From positions 1 to 57,880 of the IMG/VR virus record IMGVR_UViG_3300033388_001119: 57,880 nucleotides of DNA. The stretch is one strand, 5' to 3'. Every line of letters begins with the position of its first letter. Position 1 is the first letter of the stretch. Positions 6,913 through 16,042 of the stretch are shown here, piece after piece. The DNA is from a virus. Lineage: Duplodnaviria; Caudoviricetes. Under the pieces are notes generated by a model that saw nothing but the letters and a program-made list of their open reading frames with translations, ran no database searches and was not told the DNA's origin. Both the position numbers and the translations under genes were made by a program.

Positions 6913-8457
6913 ATGACAATACCAGCAGGAACTAAATTTGCGGCTATACCGCCTAGTAACCCAAACATCAACAAGAAATCGGGATATTTAAATGAGATTG
7001 CCCCTATATACGACATCTCGGAATTCGGAGGAGGAAGTTCTGAATTACCCGTAGTAAATAAAGACGCTCAAGGAGTAGATGAAAACACAACTACTATTTT
7101 AGAATATAGCTCAATTAATGTTATTCAAACATCAGATGTAAATAATTTTTGTTGTAAACTACCTGTTGGTGTTACAGGAAAAAGCCTTATTATAATAAAT
7201 AGAACAGCTACAGACATTAATGTGTTTCCACCAGATAACGCTAGCACTATCAACACTAGCCCAGGGTTACCAGCTGTTATACCACCAGACAACAAACCTT
7301 ACACTTTTTATTGTATAGATAATCCAGTTCCTTCTATTTGGTCAATATCTACACCAGCTACTAATTCTTTTAGTTTTGATTTTGAAGTGTCGCACACTCA
7401 AGGGTCAGCTACTAATGGATGGGTTGGAAGCGGAGGCTTTCAATCTGGATTTACACCTGGATCAAATTATACTTTTCCTGTTTACCCTTATCAATCGGGA
7501 AGTATTTATTGGTCGCAAGGTGCTCAAGCATCAGACTTTTTAGTAGGACCAACACCCTTAACACTAACTAAATTTACTTTGTTTAGTAATATTCAAAACG
7601 AAATGAGTCTAGGTAGTAATAACTGTACTAACGGAAATTGTAACACTTACGGCCTTCCAAACGATTACCCTGAAAACAATCCTCCTGGAAATGAAATATA
7701 TCAAACAGGCCCAACATTACAATGGAATAGAGTGCAAAAAACACTAGAAGCAAACGGAACAAGCACCGGAGGCAGCTCTACTACACTCCAAGATTCTAGT
7801 GTAGATTTTACTACAATACTTAATGGATCAGCTCCATTTACAAGCACTCAATCAGGCTTTCCTACAGTAGGGGCTGGAATAATACAATACGGCAGTTCAA
7901 CTTATGGAAATGAGTATTTACAAGCTTTAGGAGTAATAACCAACGTCACACCCAATGAAATAACTTTTAATCAACCCTCCGCAACTCAATCCTTCGGTAC
8001 TTTTGATTTTTCTCCACAAGCAGGTGTGGCTCCATCTAAGTATAAAATAATTCAAAATAGTTTTGGAGATAGAACAGCCTTTTTACCTAATTACTTTTAC
8101 CCTGTGCTGTGTTGTACTTTAAATAATACATTCCCAAGGTCATCAGCTACATTAACAGGTCAAATACAAATGGGACTACAAATGAGAATAGCTGGAGATA
8201 ATGGGGTGCCAGCACCACCGTATAATGGACTACCTGGAGATTCAGGAACTCAATACATAGAATACCTTGCTAATTATAATCCACCGGGTAATCAATACCC
8301 TTTATTACCATTAGGAGCTACAGGGCAAATAGGTTCAGCTCCTGCGCCAGGGACAAGTTTAGTCACTGGAGATACATATAACTCTTTTACAATATACATT
8401 CCACCATACATGGCAACTAAAGTTTATAAATTTACAGCTGTGTTTGAAGGATTTTAA
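6913..8457 (+). CDS. Putative virion spike or decoration protein, paralogue 2
   Basis: Aligns by eye with 5774 over about 150 N-terminal aa and at GD(P/S)GTQYI. Confidence 0.6.
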   Translation: MTIPAGTKFAAIPPSNPNINKKSGYLNEIAPIYDISEFGGGSSELPVVNKDAQGVDENTTTILEYSSINVIQTSDVNNFCCKLPVGVTGKSLIIINRTATDINVFPPDNASTINTSPGLPAVIPPDNKPYTFYCIDNPVPSIWSISTPATNSFSFDFEVSHTQGSATNGWVGSGGFQSGFTPGSNYTFPVYPYQSGSIYWSQGAQASDFLVGPTPLTLTKFTLFSNIQNEMSLGSNNCTNGNCNTYGLPNDYPENNPPGNEIYQTGPTLQWNRVQKTLEANGTSTGGSSTTLQDSSVDFTTILNGSAPFTSTQSGFPTVGAGIIQYGSSTYGNEYLQALGVITNVTPNEITFNQPSATQSFGTFDFSPQAGVAPSKYKIIQNSFGDRTAFLPNYFYPVLCCTLNNTFPRSSATLTGQIQMGLQMRIAGDNGVPAPPYNGLPGDSGTQYIEYLANYNPPGNQYPLLPLGATGQIGSAPAPGTSLVTGDTYNSFTIYIPPYMATKVYKFTAVFEGF

Positions 8458-8467
8458 AAAATAAATT

Positions 8468-9103
8468 ATGCCAACAGAATACCCAAACGGACGAGTGAGT
8501 GTAGATATCACACCACAACAAAACCTTTCTAGCGCTTTAGCTGCTTCTCAGCAAGCAACCATAGAAGCTTTAGAAGTTCAAATACAAGCCTGTATAATAG
8601 CTGGCGATGAGATTTGCGAAGAAACATGGACTGGAGTAAAAAACGGAATAGAGGATGGTATTGCATCTGAGTTGTTTGTTTATCTAAATAACGAAGGTGG
8701 TGAGTTTATATCTAACGTAAGATTACACACTTCTACTGATTTTGTAAGAATAGGTTTGTTATGGCATCAATATAGCCCAGAAACACAAGCGTCAGCAGAA
8801 CAAGTAATGTCTTTACCTAACTATATTGAACCATGGACGTCAGAATCCCCTAGCTCTTTAGAGGGGTTTGAAGAAGAAGAAACTGCGTTTGTGTGGACTA
8901 ATTGTGAAGATTTTCAACAAAAAGGTACAGTTCTCAACTCAGGGTTAGCTATTGGTGATGCCATTGATAACCTACAAGGAGAAGGGGGAGAATCAATAGA
9001 AGGCATATGGGTATTACAAGGGACACAAGGTAATGCTGAGAACATAAACGCTACAGCTCCTGAAAATCCTAATGTTGTTTTTTGTAATTCAAACTTAGGA
9101 TAA
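8468..9103 (+). CDS. Acidic hypothetical protein (211 aa)
   Basis: ORF track; operon position. Confidence 0.75.
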   Translation: MPTEYPNGRVSVDITPQQNLSSALAASQQATIEALEVQIQACIIAGDEICEETWTGVKNGIEDGIASELFVYLNNEGGEFISNVRLHTSTDFVRIGLLWHQYSPETQASAEQVMSLPNYIEPWTSESPSSLEGFEEEETAFVWTNCEDFQQKGTVLNSGLAIGDAIDNLQGEGGESIEGIWVLQGTQGNAENINATAPENPNVVFCNSNLG

Positions 9104-9393
9104 TGGCAAAGAAAAAAGACCCTAGATTAGCTAGAGCCGGTGTGTCCGGGTTTAACAAACCAAAACGAACCCCTAATCACCCTAAGAAATCTCACATTGT
9201 GGTAGCAAAAGTGGGTGATAAGATTAAAACAATTAGGTTTGGACAAAAAGGAGCTAAGACCGCAGGTAAACCCAAGAAGGGAGAATCTGCTAGAATGAAA
9301 GCTAAAAGAAAAAGCTTTAAAGCAAGGCACGGCAGAAATATAGCTAAAGGCAAAATGTCGGCTGCTTATTGGGCAAACAAAGTAAAGTGGTAA
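9103..9393 (+). CDS. Small basic phage protein (96 aa)
   Basis: KTIRFGQKG...RKSFKARH...SAAYWA, recalled as a widespread viral family of unknown function; TAATG coupling. Confidence 0.8.
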   Translation: MAKKKDPRLARAGVSGFNKPKRTPNHPKKSHIVVAKVGDKIKTIRFGQKGAKTAGKPKKGESARMKAKRKSFKARHGRNIAKGKMSAAYWANKVKW

Positions 9394-9410
9394 TATAAAA
9401 TAGTAAAAAA

Positions 9411-9833
9411 ATGGCAATACCTCCAGGAACCAAATTCGCAGGCATACCGCCTGAAAATACAGACATAAATAAAAAGTCTAAAAGATTAAATAACAGCGCA
9501 CCCTTATACGAAGCTACTGATTTTCCAGGGGGATCTTCAGGGGCGGTCATGTATGTTTTAAAGAAAGTAAGCGTTAATACCGAGGGGCCAGAGCCTGTAT
9601 GCACACCTGAGAATTTAAGAGGCGACAACTCCTGGTTATTTACCACAGCTGATTTTTCTTCATATGTTGGGGAGTTAGTTTCGCTTGAAAATAATGGTGT
9701 AGCGCTAGCATATGATCCAAATGGAGAAGGTGAGTGGAGAAACTGTTGGTATGTAGAATTATGGAACCCTCAAGTAATAGGAGTCATAGATTGTGGTATA
9801 TGTGCGGACGTTGTTCCTCCACCAGGTAACTAA
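9411..9833 (+). CDS. Putative virion protein, paralogue 3 (shares only the N-terminal module)
   Basis: MAIPPGTKFAGIPP...NKKS...APLYE...GG. Confidence 0.7.
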   Translation: MAIPPGTKFAGIPPENTDINKKSKRLNNSAPLYEATDFPGGSSGAVMYVLKKVSVNTEGPEPVCTPENLRGDNSWLFTTADFSSYVGELVSLENNGVALAYDPNGEGEWRNCWYVELWNPQVIGVIDCGICADVVPPPGN

Positions 9834-9841
9834 AATTTTAC

Positions 9842-9849
9842 TATATTTG
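9842..9849 (+). promoter_or_regulatory. -7 promoter box TATATTTG
   Basis: Directly before ATG 9853. Confidence 0.65.
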
Positions 9850-9852
9850 TAC

Positions 9853-10038
9853 ATGGCAAAGAAAAAAGTAAAAGGATTTAAAAATGTTGCTAAGTCAATT
9901 GCAAGTAAGCAAGGGATAAGCAAGAATGCAGCTTCAGCTATTTTGGCGGCAAGCTCTAGAAAAGCTTCTAAAAAAGCAAAAGCTAAAAACCCTAAACTAA
10001 AAAAAGTTAAAGGGAAAGCTAAAAGAAAAAAGAAATAA
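9853..10038 (+). CDS. Lys/Ala-rich basic protein (61 aa)
   Basis: ORF track frame with start moved to MAKKKVKG; no acidic residues. Confidence 0.8.
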   Translation: MAKKKVKGFKNVAKSIASKQGISKNAASAILAASSRKASKKAKAKNPKLKKVKGKAKRKKK

Positions 10039-10148
10039 TGCCAACAGTAGGAAAAAAGAAATTTGCATACACAAAAGATGGTATGAAAAAAGCGAAAGCA
10101 TACGCTAAAAAAACAAAGAAAAAAGTAAAAAAGAAAAAAAAATACTAA
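10038..10148 (+). CDS. Lys-rich peptide (36 aa, MPTVGKKKFAYTKDGMKKAKAYAKK...)
   Basis: Hand translation; TAATG coupling. Confidence 0.75.
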   Translation: MPTVGKKKFAYTKDGMKKAKAYAKKTKKKVKKKKKY

Positions 10149-10150
10149 TT

Positions 10151-10363
10151 ATGAAACAAGGATACAACGCAAGATTAGATGAGTCTTTAGGAAACAAGCA
10201 TAAAGGTCATCACAAGCAGTCTTTAAAAGACAGAAGAGATGAATCTAAAGCTATGTCTAAGAAGATTTATGGACACGCTTATGGTGGAGATCATTCTATG
10301 AAGTATGAGAAGCACTACCCAAAAAGTGTTCATTCTCACTTAGGAAGGATAATCAAGAAGTAA
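10151..10363 (+). CDS. Basic His-rich small protein (70 aa)
   Basis: ORF track; operon packing. Confidence 0.8.
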   Translation: MKQGYNARLDESLGNKHKGHHKQSLKDRRDESKAMSKKIYGHAYGGDHSMKYEKHYPKSVHSHLGRIIKK

Positions 10364-10515
10364 TGGCGGCTAAAAAAGCTAAAAGAAAATCAAGGATTAA
10401 AAAAATGAAAGGTACAGTTTTCGGACTAAACCCTTTTCAAAACATAACACCTAGGCATATGCGAACCGGCGGACCAAGAAGAACCCCAGGCACACGCATG
10501 AGAAACCGAAGGTAA
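10363..10515 (+). CDS. Arg/Lys-rich peptide (50 aa, MAAKKAKRKSRIKKMKG...)
   Basis: Hand translation; TAATG coupling. Confidence 0.7.
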   Translation: MAAKKAKRKSRIKKMKGTVFGLNPFQNITPRHMRTGGPRRTPGTRMRNRR

Positions 10516-10525
10516 AAACAATCTT

Positions 10526-10678
10526 ATGGAAAAAATTAAACAAATAGTTAATCACCCATTATCTAAAGCTGTAGCAGCTGGGGCAATAGGTGTAGCTTTA
10601 TTATTAGAAAAACATCCGCTTTATGCAGGTGTAGCGTTTGGTTACGCAATTAGAGAAACATTCTTAGCTTTCAAATAA
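10526..10678 (+). CDS. Small hydrophobic or membrane protein (50 aa, MEKIKQIVNHPLSKAVAAG...)
   Basis: Hand translation; two short hydrophobic segments; followed by a terminator. Confidence 0.7.
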   Translation: MEKIKQIVNHPLSKAVAAGAIGVALLLEKHPLYAGVAFGYAIRETFLAFK

Positions 10679-10701
10679 TAGAATTATCTCAAAAATTAAT
10701 T

Positions 10702-10731
10702 AGGGTAGGTTTTTATCTACCCTTTTTTTTT
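10702..10731 (+). terminator. Intrinsic terminator
   Basis: agggtaggt-tttt-atctaccct followed by a T-run. Confidence 0.85.
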
Positions 10732-10857
10732 GGAAGTGTAGTAGAAAAACTCTACATTTGAAATAATTATCCAGAAAACAATTGAGAAATTTCTTTATAA
10801 TTGAAGTAATTATACAAAGAACGTCTAAAAATTCTTTTTAATTAACTCGGGGCACTT

Positions 10858-11274
10858 CTAACGATTTGCCCTTTTTTTATTATTTATATCATCCATAGCT
10901 CTTTTATACCTCCACTCCATATATTTTTTAGGAGAACTCACAGGATTTCTTTCTGAAGACGGAAAATCTTCCTCACCTAGTAATAATCTATATACCCTAG
11001 CACACATTAGTTTTCCTTTATGAGTAACAGCATAAGTAGCTCTTCTTTTTTTATAATTAGACCCCCATTTTTTAATCCAACCATCTTCGGTTAATTTGGA
11101 AAACCTTTTCGGATTCCACGGAACAATAGCTGAATACCACTCAAAATCATCCTTGGTAAACCTCCCTTCGCTATATAAAAACAAAAGCAATTCTAGTTCC
11201 TCCTGACTAAGGCTATATTGTTGTTTTATTAAGTATCTAACAACCCTCCAATGTTTTAAAAATTCATATTTCAT
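10858..11274 (-). CDS. Winged-helix (MarR-like) DNA-binding protein, sole inverted gene in the late region
   Basis: LSQEELELLLFLY...LTEDGWIKK...YAVTHKG pattern. Confidence 0.7.
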   Translation of the reverse strand: MKYEFLKHWRVVRYLIKQQYSLSQEELELLLFLYSEGRFTKDDFEWYSAIVPWNPKRFSKLTEDGWIKKWGSNYKKRRATYAVTHKGKLMCARVYRLLLGEEDFPSSERNPVSSPKKYMEWRYKRAMDDINNKKRANR

Positions 11275-11293
11275 TTAAGTAGTATTTTATTCT

Positions 11294-11301
11294 TATCTTT
11301 G
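11294..11301 (+). promoter_or_regulatory. -7 promoter box TATCTTTG
   Basis: Intergenic TAnnTTTG. Confidence 0.7.
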
Positions 11302-11322
11302 CAAGTAACGAATTAAACTATT

Positions 11323-11511
11323 ATGACACAAGAAAATACCACGGAAAACAAACAATCTAAAGGATTGGGTGATACAGTAGAGAAGTTTACAACAAAAACC
11401 GGTATAAAAAAAGTGGTAGATAAAGTGTCTGAAATAACAAAAAAACCATGTAATTGTGGTAAAAGGAAAGATGCTTTAAATAATATGTTTCCTTATAATA
11501 ATAAAAAATAA
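11323..11511 (+). CDS. Small phage protein (SKGLGDT...CNCGKRK)
   Basis: ORF track; motif recalled from Bacteroidota phages. Confidence 0.8.
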   Translation: MTQENTTENKQSKGLGDTVEKFTTKTGIKKVVDKVSEITKKPCNCGKRKDALNNMFPYNNKK

Positions 11512-11515
11512 AAAA

Positions 11516-12004
11516 ATGGCATATCAAAAATTACAAGTATCTGGCGCTATAAGAGTTATACCAAGTGATAATGTAAATATTCCTATACCTACATCACCAA
11601 ATGTAGAGGGAGCTATTCAAGCTAAGGGACCTAATGATGAGATTCAGTTTACAGAAGACATATTAGAAGGAACAGAGTTTAAGCGTGGGGCTATTATTAT
11701 TAACACCACAGCAGGCATTATAGGCACTATAGAGTCTGTGGTTGCTCCAGGAGTAGCCGCAGTTGATAATGACTTTTACACTGGATCTAATAACAATGAT
11801 GCAATTATTATCTACGCTAACGAAAATGAAGGATGTATTATATATGTAGGAGACACTTCTGGAGGAGGTGACCTCAATGTAGAGACAGCTTCAGGTCAAG
11901 AGGTGATATATAAAAACGTACCACAAGGGAGCTTTTTACCTGTTCAGGTAGTAAGAGTAAATGCGGCACTAACAACCGCTAGCGAATTAATAGCAAACTG
12001 GTAA
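11516..12004 (+). CDS. Putative virion structural protein (162 aa)
   Basis: IYVG...GDLNV...GSFLPVQVVRV beta-rich C-terminus; context. Confidence 0.65.
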   Translation: MAYQKLQVSGAIRVIPSDNVNIPIPTSPNVEGAIQAKGPNDEIQFTEDILEGTEFKRGAIIINTTAGIIGTIESVVAPGVAAVDNDFYTGSNNNDAIIIYANENEGCIIYVGDTSGGGDLNVETASGQEVIYKNVPQGSFLPVQVVRVNAALTTASELIANW

Positions 12005-12168
12005 TGATTACAAGTATAGGCATAGGAATAACTACAAGTGTGTATGGCCAAACAATCCCAGGAGGAGCGCCGCCACCACCCACTAATTTTATAATAACAG
12101 AGTTATCTTTTACACCCAGCTTAGACACTATAGTAACAGAAACAAATGTACCAATAGAAGTACAATAA
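12004..12168 (+). CDS. Small structural peptide (54 aa, MITSIGIGITTS...)
   Basis: Hand translation; TAATG coupling; fills the gap. Confidence 0.65.
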   Translation: MITSIGIGITTSVYGQTIPGGAPPPPTNFIITELSFTPSLDTIVTETNVPIEVQ

Positions 12169-12178
12169 ATAATTAAAA

Positions 12179-14374
12179 ATGGCAACAAAATTTTCAAACT
12201 TTAGTTTAGTAGCAAACCCAAGTGCAGGAACTATTATCGTTGGTCTTGACGGTGGGTTAAACTCCCAATTTACAATCGGAACCATTAATCTACAAGATTT
12301 AAATGGAGTATTAACCGTTTCAAAAGGTGGAACTGGAGTAGGCTCTCTAGCAGCTGGAAGGATTCTTCTAGGTGACGGTACAAACGCTATCGCCACCCTA
12401 GACGCTACGGTAAAAGGAAACATCATTACAGGATACACGCACCCTATAACAGGAATTGATACATCTACCACTATTTTAGTAGGAGCTGATCGCACGGTTT
12501 TAACAGCTGACAGCAGTGATCCTACAGGTATAGCGTGGACCAATGTAGTACAAGCTAACCCAGGCGGAACTCCAGGTTTAACACTTAGCACGGTAAAAAT
12601 TCATGGAGCGGATTATGCAATCGACTCGGGTACAATTGTTGTTGCTAACCCAGGAGGGAACCCTCCAACCGATTTAGATACTATAACTATAGGAGCTACA
12701 GATTACAAAATACCAACCTCATCAGGAGGCGTAAGCTCTTTTACCACCATCACAACTGATAACGCTACAGGAGAAGCTGAGTGGGATATAGCATCTGATG
12801 GCCCAAACATATTTTTTCAACCCACCAACGGACAACAAAATATTATAACTCTTGCCGGGGGAACAACCCCAGCAGATGGAGCTTCCGGGTATTTAGTCTT
12901 AGACCCGTCTCAAAGTGGTCAATTTCAATTACCACCAGACGCTAAGATTAATAACGGTCAAGTCTTTACAGGCGGAACTAATTTAGTTTTATACTCGTGG
13001 GTTTATGATGGAACTTACTTTTATTGGCAAAGAGACATTAACTTAATCGACCCAATATACGCTCCATTTAATCCTTTCCCAACTCAAAATTTAATAGGAG
13101 TATGGGACCCTGTTACAATTAACCCAGGGTTTTTATTAGCTGGTAATCCATATGACGATGCTATAGTTCCTGACGACCCAGCCAACGCTGGTGATATAGC
13201 CATTAATTATGGAGTTCCAAGCACAGGTAGCTGGACAAACTCTATAACTAACTCTGGTGTAATTGACGAATTAATCGCTTCAACCAATCCAGAAAGTACT
13301 AGCAGTCTTTATAAACCTTCTTTCGTGGTTAATGGCGTAGGGTCACTAGCACTAGCCACATACAATGCAGCTTCTACTCCTGCGGTAATAGTTCCGAACC
13401 CAACAGGAGGTAGTGTAGTAAATACTCAAACTTTCTTTACTCAAGATTTTAATGCGTCAGGCGCCGGAAGCTATGCGCTATCAGCAGCTGAGATTACAAT
13501 TGAAAATGGTAGTATTGGTTCTGGGAGTGGGGTAACAGCTACAGTAACATCGGACGGAAGTGACTGTACAGCTATTCAAATAACTAACGGAGGTTCAGGT
13601 TATTCTAGAGGAGATTTACTAAAGCTAGACATGAATGCATCTACTATTGGAAGCGGTGAAATTTATATTTTACTTGAAACCGATGTAATGAGCAATATTA
13701 TTCCTTGTGTTCAATTTGGACACCCTACAGAAGCAGAATTTGGAGCAGCAACATACAATGAAGGATATGATTTTCAAAATACATCTCTTGCTACAGCTCA
13801 AAATAATATTTTAACAGTTATGATGTGGATTCATGGACCGTATCCGCAAGATGGAAACTACAATGCTCTTTTTGATGTTAGAGACACCGGAGGCTCTTCT
13901 TTCAATGAAGCTTTATACTTTGATGGAGTAACAGGATATTTTGATACATTTAGCCCATCTACAACATTTGTGGACTTACCTAAGTTGTTTGACTACAGCG
14001 GAAGTGGGGGAGTTAACTTTTACAACCAATGGACTTTCTTCTGTTTTACTTATTTTCCTAATGGAAACTCTGGTTTTATTGCTACATTTTTAGCTAATCA
14101 AGACACCGTAAATAACGCCAACACTCCAAACTGGGATTATTCAGGAGGTCTTCATCCAACTGTAGCGGTAGATGTTGATGGATTTTGTACTAGCACAGTA
14201 GGAAATTTAACATTAGACGAAGATGACTGGGATGAACTTAGTATTGGAAATACTTTTAGCGATGAAGGCTTTAGAGCTAAGGTAGGTAAAGTGGCAGTAT
14301 ATAATGCTATTGTTCCAGGAGCAAGTATTATACAAGCATTTAACACCTCTAAAGGGTATTACGGAATAACTTAA
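12179..14374 (+). CDS. Tail fibre or adhesin with C-terminal LamG/ConA-like domain
   Basis: LTVSKGGTG fibre motif; LTVMMWI...WTFFCFTY...VGKVAVYN...IIQAFN LamG pattern. Confidence 0.7.
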   Translation: MATKFSNFSLVANPSAGTIIVGLDGGLNSQFTIGTINLQDLNGVLTVSKGGTGVGSLAAGRILLGDGTNAIATLDATVKGNIITGYTHPITGIDTSTTILVGADRTVLTADSSDPTGIAWTNVVQANPGGTPGLTLSTVKIHGADYAIDSGTIVVANPGGNPPTDLDTITIGATDYKIPTSSGGVSSFTTITTDNATGEAEWDIASDGPNIFFQPTNGQQNIITLAGGTTPADGASGYLVLDPSQSGQFQLPPDAKINNGQVFTGGTNLVLYSWVYDGTYFYWQRDINLIDPIYAPFNPFPTQNLIGVWDPVTINPGFLLAGNPYDDAIVPDDPANAGDIAINYGVPSTGSWTNSITNSGVIDELIASTNPESTSSLYKPSFVVNGVGSLALATYNAASTPAVIVPNPTGGSVVNTQTFFTQDFNASGAGSYALSAAEITIENGSIGSGSGVTATVTSDGSDCTAIQITNGGSGYSRGDLLKLDMNASTIGSGEIYILLETDVMSNIIPCVQFGHPTEAEFGAATYNEGYDFQNTSLATAQNNILTVMMWIHGPYPQDGNYNALFDVRDTGGSSFNEALYFDGVTGYFDTFSPSTTFVDLPKLFDYSGSGGVNFYNQWTFFCFTYFPNGNSGFIATFLANQDTVNNANTPNWDYSGGLHPTVAVDVDGFCTSTVGNLTLDEDDWDELSIGNTFSDEGFRAKVGKVAVYNAIVPGASIIQAFNTSKGYYGIT

Positions 14375-14377
14375 TAA

Positions 14378-14698
14378 ATGAACACTAAAAAAATAATAAG
14401 AATGGAAGATCACTCACTCCTCATGGTTATTACATCATTGGTAGGGGCCCTAGGCTTGAAGTCTGTATGGGACATTATAAAGAAGAAAGTAGACATTAAA
14501 GCTGCTAAAGAAGAAAGAATTGACAACCTATCAGTAGCTGTTATAGAGGAGTTAAAAGATAAGATTGTTGCGTTAGAATTAAAGATTGACGCTTTGATTA
14601 CTGAAAATACAGCCCTAAGAGAAAAGCTTGCTAGAATGGAGGAGAGGCTTGTTTTAAACGCTAAGAAAAGCGCAGGAAGAAAAAGAAATAATGGGTAA
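14378..14698 (+). CDS. Membrane-anchored coiled-coil protein of the lysis cassette
   Basis: One N-terminal TM segment plus coiled coil; precedes the endolysin. Confidence 0.55.
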   Translation: MNTKKIIRMEDHSLLMVITSLVGALGLKSVWDIIKKKVDIKAAKEERIDNLSVAVIEELKDKIVALELKIDALITENTALREKLARMEERLVLNAKKSAGRKRNNG

Positions 14699-15272
14699 CG
14701 TTTCACAACTTATAGAGCTCGTAGAAAAGAACGGTCATGTTGTTTTTAAATCTGACTCTAAACCTTTTAATTTAAACATCGTAGGCGTAAGAAGTAAAAA
14801 CCCTACTACCAACCTATTTAACGATTATATCGCTACATTTTGGAAGTATGAAGGAAGGTGGAATTATTTAGAGTTTCAAGCTACTACACTACCTGGATTA
14901 AAATACTTAGAAACACCAATGAATCCCAAGGGCTGTGCAATCTTAGTACCCAATCAATATAGGGGAGTTTGGAAGCTAGGGTTGCACAATGGGAAATACA
15001 CCGCCCTAACACAAAGAGGTGGAGAAGTAGAGGTTTATAGAGACGAGGATGAGGATAAAGATTATGACATGATAACAGACTCTATTATGTCTGGGTATTT
15101 CGGAATAAATATACACAAAGCTAGCGAAGGAGAAAGAGAAACTGTAGATGGATATTCTGCTGGTTGTCAAGTCTTTCAAAATTCAGATGAGTTTGATATA
15201 TTTATAGATGTATGCAAAAAAGCAGAAAAGTATTGGGGAAATAGTTTTTCTTACACACTAATTGAAGAATAA
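14691..15272 (+). CDS. Putative endolysin with L,D-transpeptidase (YkuD)-like catalytic motif
   Basis: GINIHKA...YSAGCQV (His...S-x-G-C). Confidence 0.7.
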   Translation: MGNVSQLIELVEKNGHVVFKSDSKPFNLNIVGVRSKNPTTNLFNDYIATFWKYEGRWNYLEFQATTLPGLKYLETPMNPKGCAILVPNQYRGVWKLGLHNGKYTALTQRGGEVEVYRDEDEDKDYDMITDSIMSGYFGINIHKASEGERETVDGYSAGCQVFQNSDEFDIFIDVCKKAEKYWGNSFSYTLIEE

Positions 15273-15736
15273 TGGCTGATAAAAAAACAAGGAAAAAATT
15301 TAAAGAAACTAAGGTTGGTAAGTTTTTAAAAGAAAAAGCTCCTCATATTTTAGATATAGTTGGAGACGTTTTGCCTTCCCAAGGAACCCTCGGAATTGTA
15401 AAAAACATTATAGACCGAGATGACAAACTAAGTCCTGAAGATAAAGCTCAATTACACAACCACTTAGTTGAAGCTTATAAAACAGAAGTAGAAGATAGAG
15501 ATTCAGCCAGAAAAAGAGAAATAGAAGTTTCTAAATTAAAAGACTTTGACTTTATGTTTAATATTACTGGAGTTATAGGGCTAGGTGTATTTGTGTTTAT
15601 GGTTTATGCTATTATATACATAGATGTGCCTGAAGAAAATAAACACGTGTGGATTCATTTAATCGGGATTTCAGAAGGAATAGTAATGTCTATTTTCGGA
15701 TATTTCTACGGAGCAACAATGAGAGCAAAAAAATAA
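15272..15736 (+). CDS. Putative holin
   Basis: DRDSARKRE followed by two TM helices and GYFYG; next to the endolysin. Confidence 0.7.
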   Translation: MADKKTRKKFKETKVGKFLKEKAPHILDIVGDVLPSQGTLGIVKNIIDRDDKLSPEDKAQLHNHLVEAYKTEVEDRDSARKREIEVSKLKDFDFMFNITGVIGLGVFVFMVYAIIYIDVPEENKHVWIHLIGISEGIVMSIFGYFYGATMRAKK

Positions 15737-15737
15737 C

Positions 15738-15745
15738 TATCTTTG
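15738..15745 (+). promoter_or_regulatory. -7 promoter box TATCTTTG
   Basis: Intergenic TAnnTTTG. Confidence 0.7.
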
Positions 15746-15772
15746 TAGTTAAACCAATATAAATAAAATACA

Positions 15773-16042
15773 ATGGAAAAAGTAGCAGAAAAAAAAGAAG
15801 TAAAAAAAATTAAAGACGAAGAATTAAAAGAATTACAATCACTTCAGTCTGATTTTACGGTGTTGAAAAGCCAACTAGCTGATGCAGAATTAACTAAGCA
15901 TCAAGTTTTAACTAACATAGATAAAGTAAAAGAACACTTTATAAAATTAGAAGTAAAACTAATGAAAGAATATGGTGAAGACGCATCTATAGATATTAAG
16001 ACTGGTGAAATAACACCAAAAAAAGATGGCAAAGATAAGTAA
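15773..16042 (+). CDS. Coiled-coil protein (89 aa), possible fibre chaperone
   Basis: ORF track; EYG...IDIKTGEI C-terminus. Confidence 0.7.
   Translation: MEKVAEKKEVKKIKDEELKELQSLQSDFTVLKSQLADAELTKHQVLTNIDKVKEHFIKLEVKLMKEYGEDASIDIKTGEITPKKDGKDK

Noticed and set aside
5774-9833. Diversity-generating retroelement or RiPP precursor set
   Set aside because: No reverse transcriptase; copies differ at synonymous sites rather than only at adenines; products are 140-514 aa and no modifying enzymes are present
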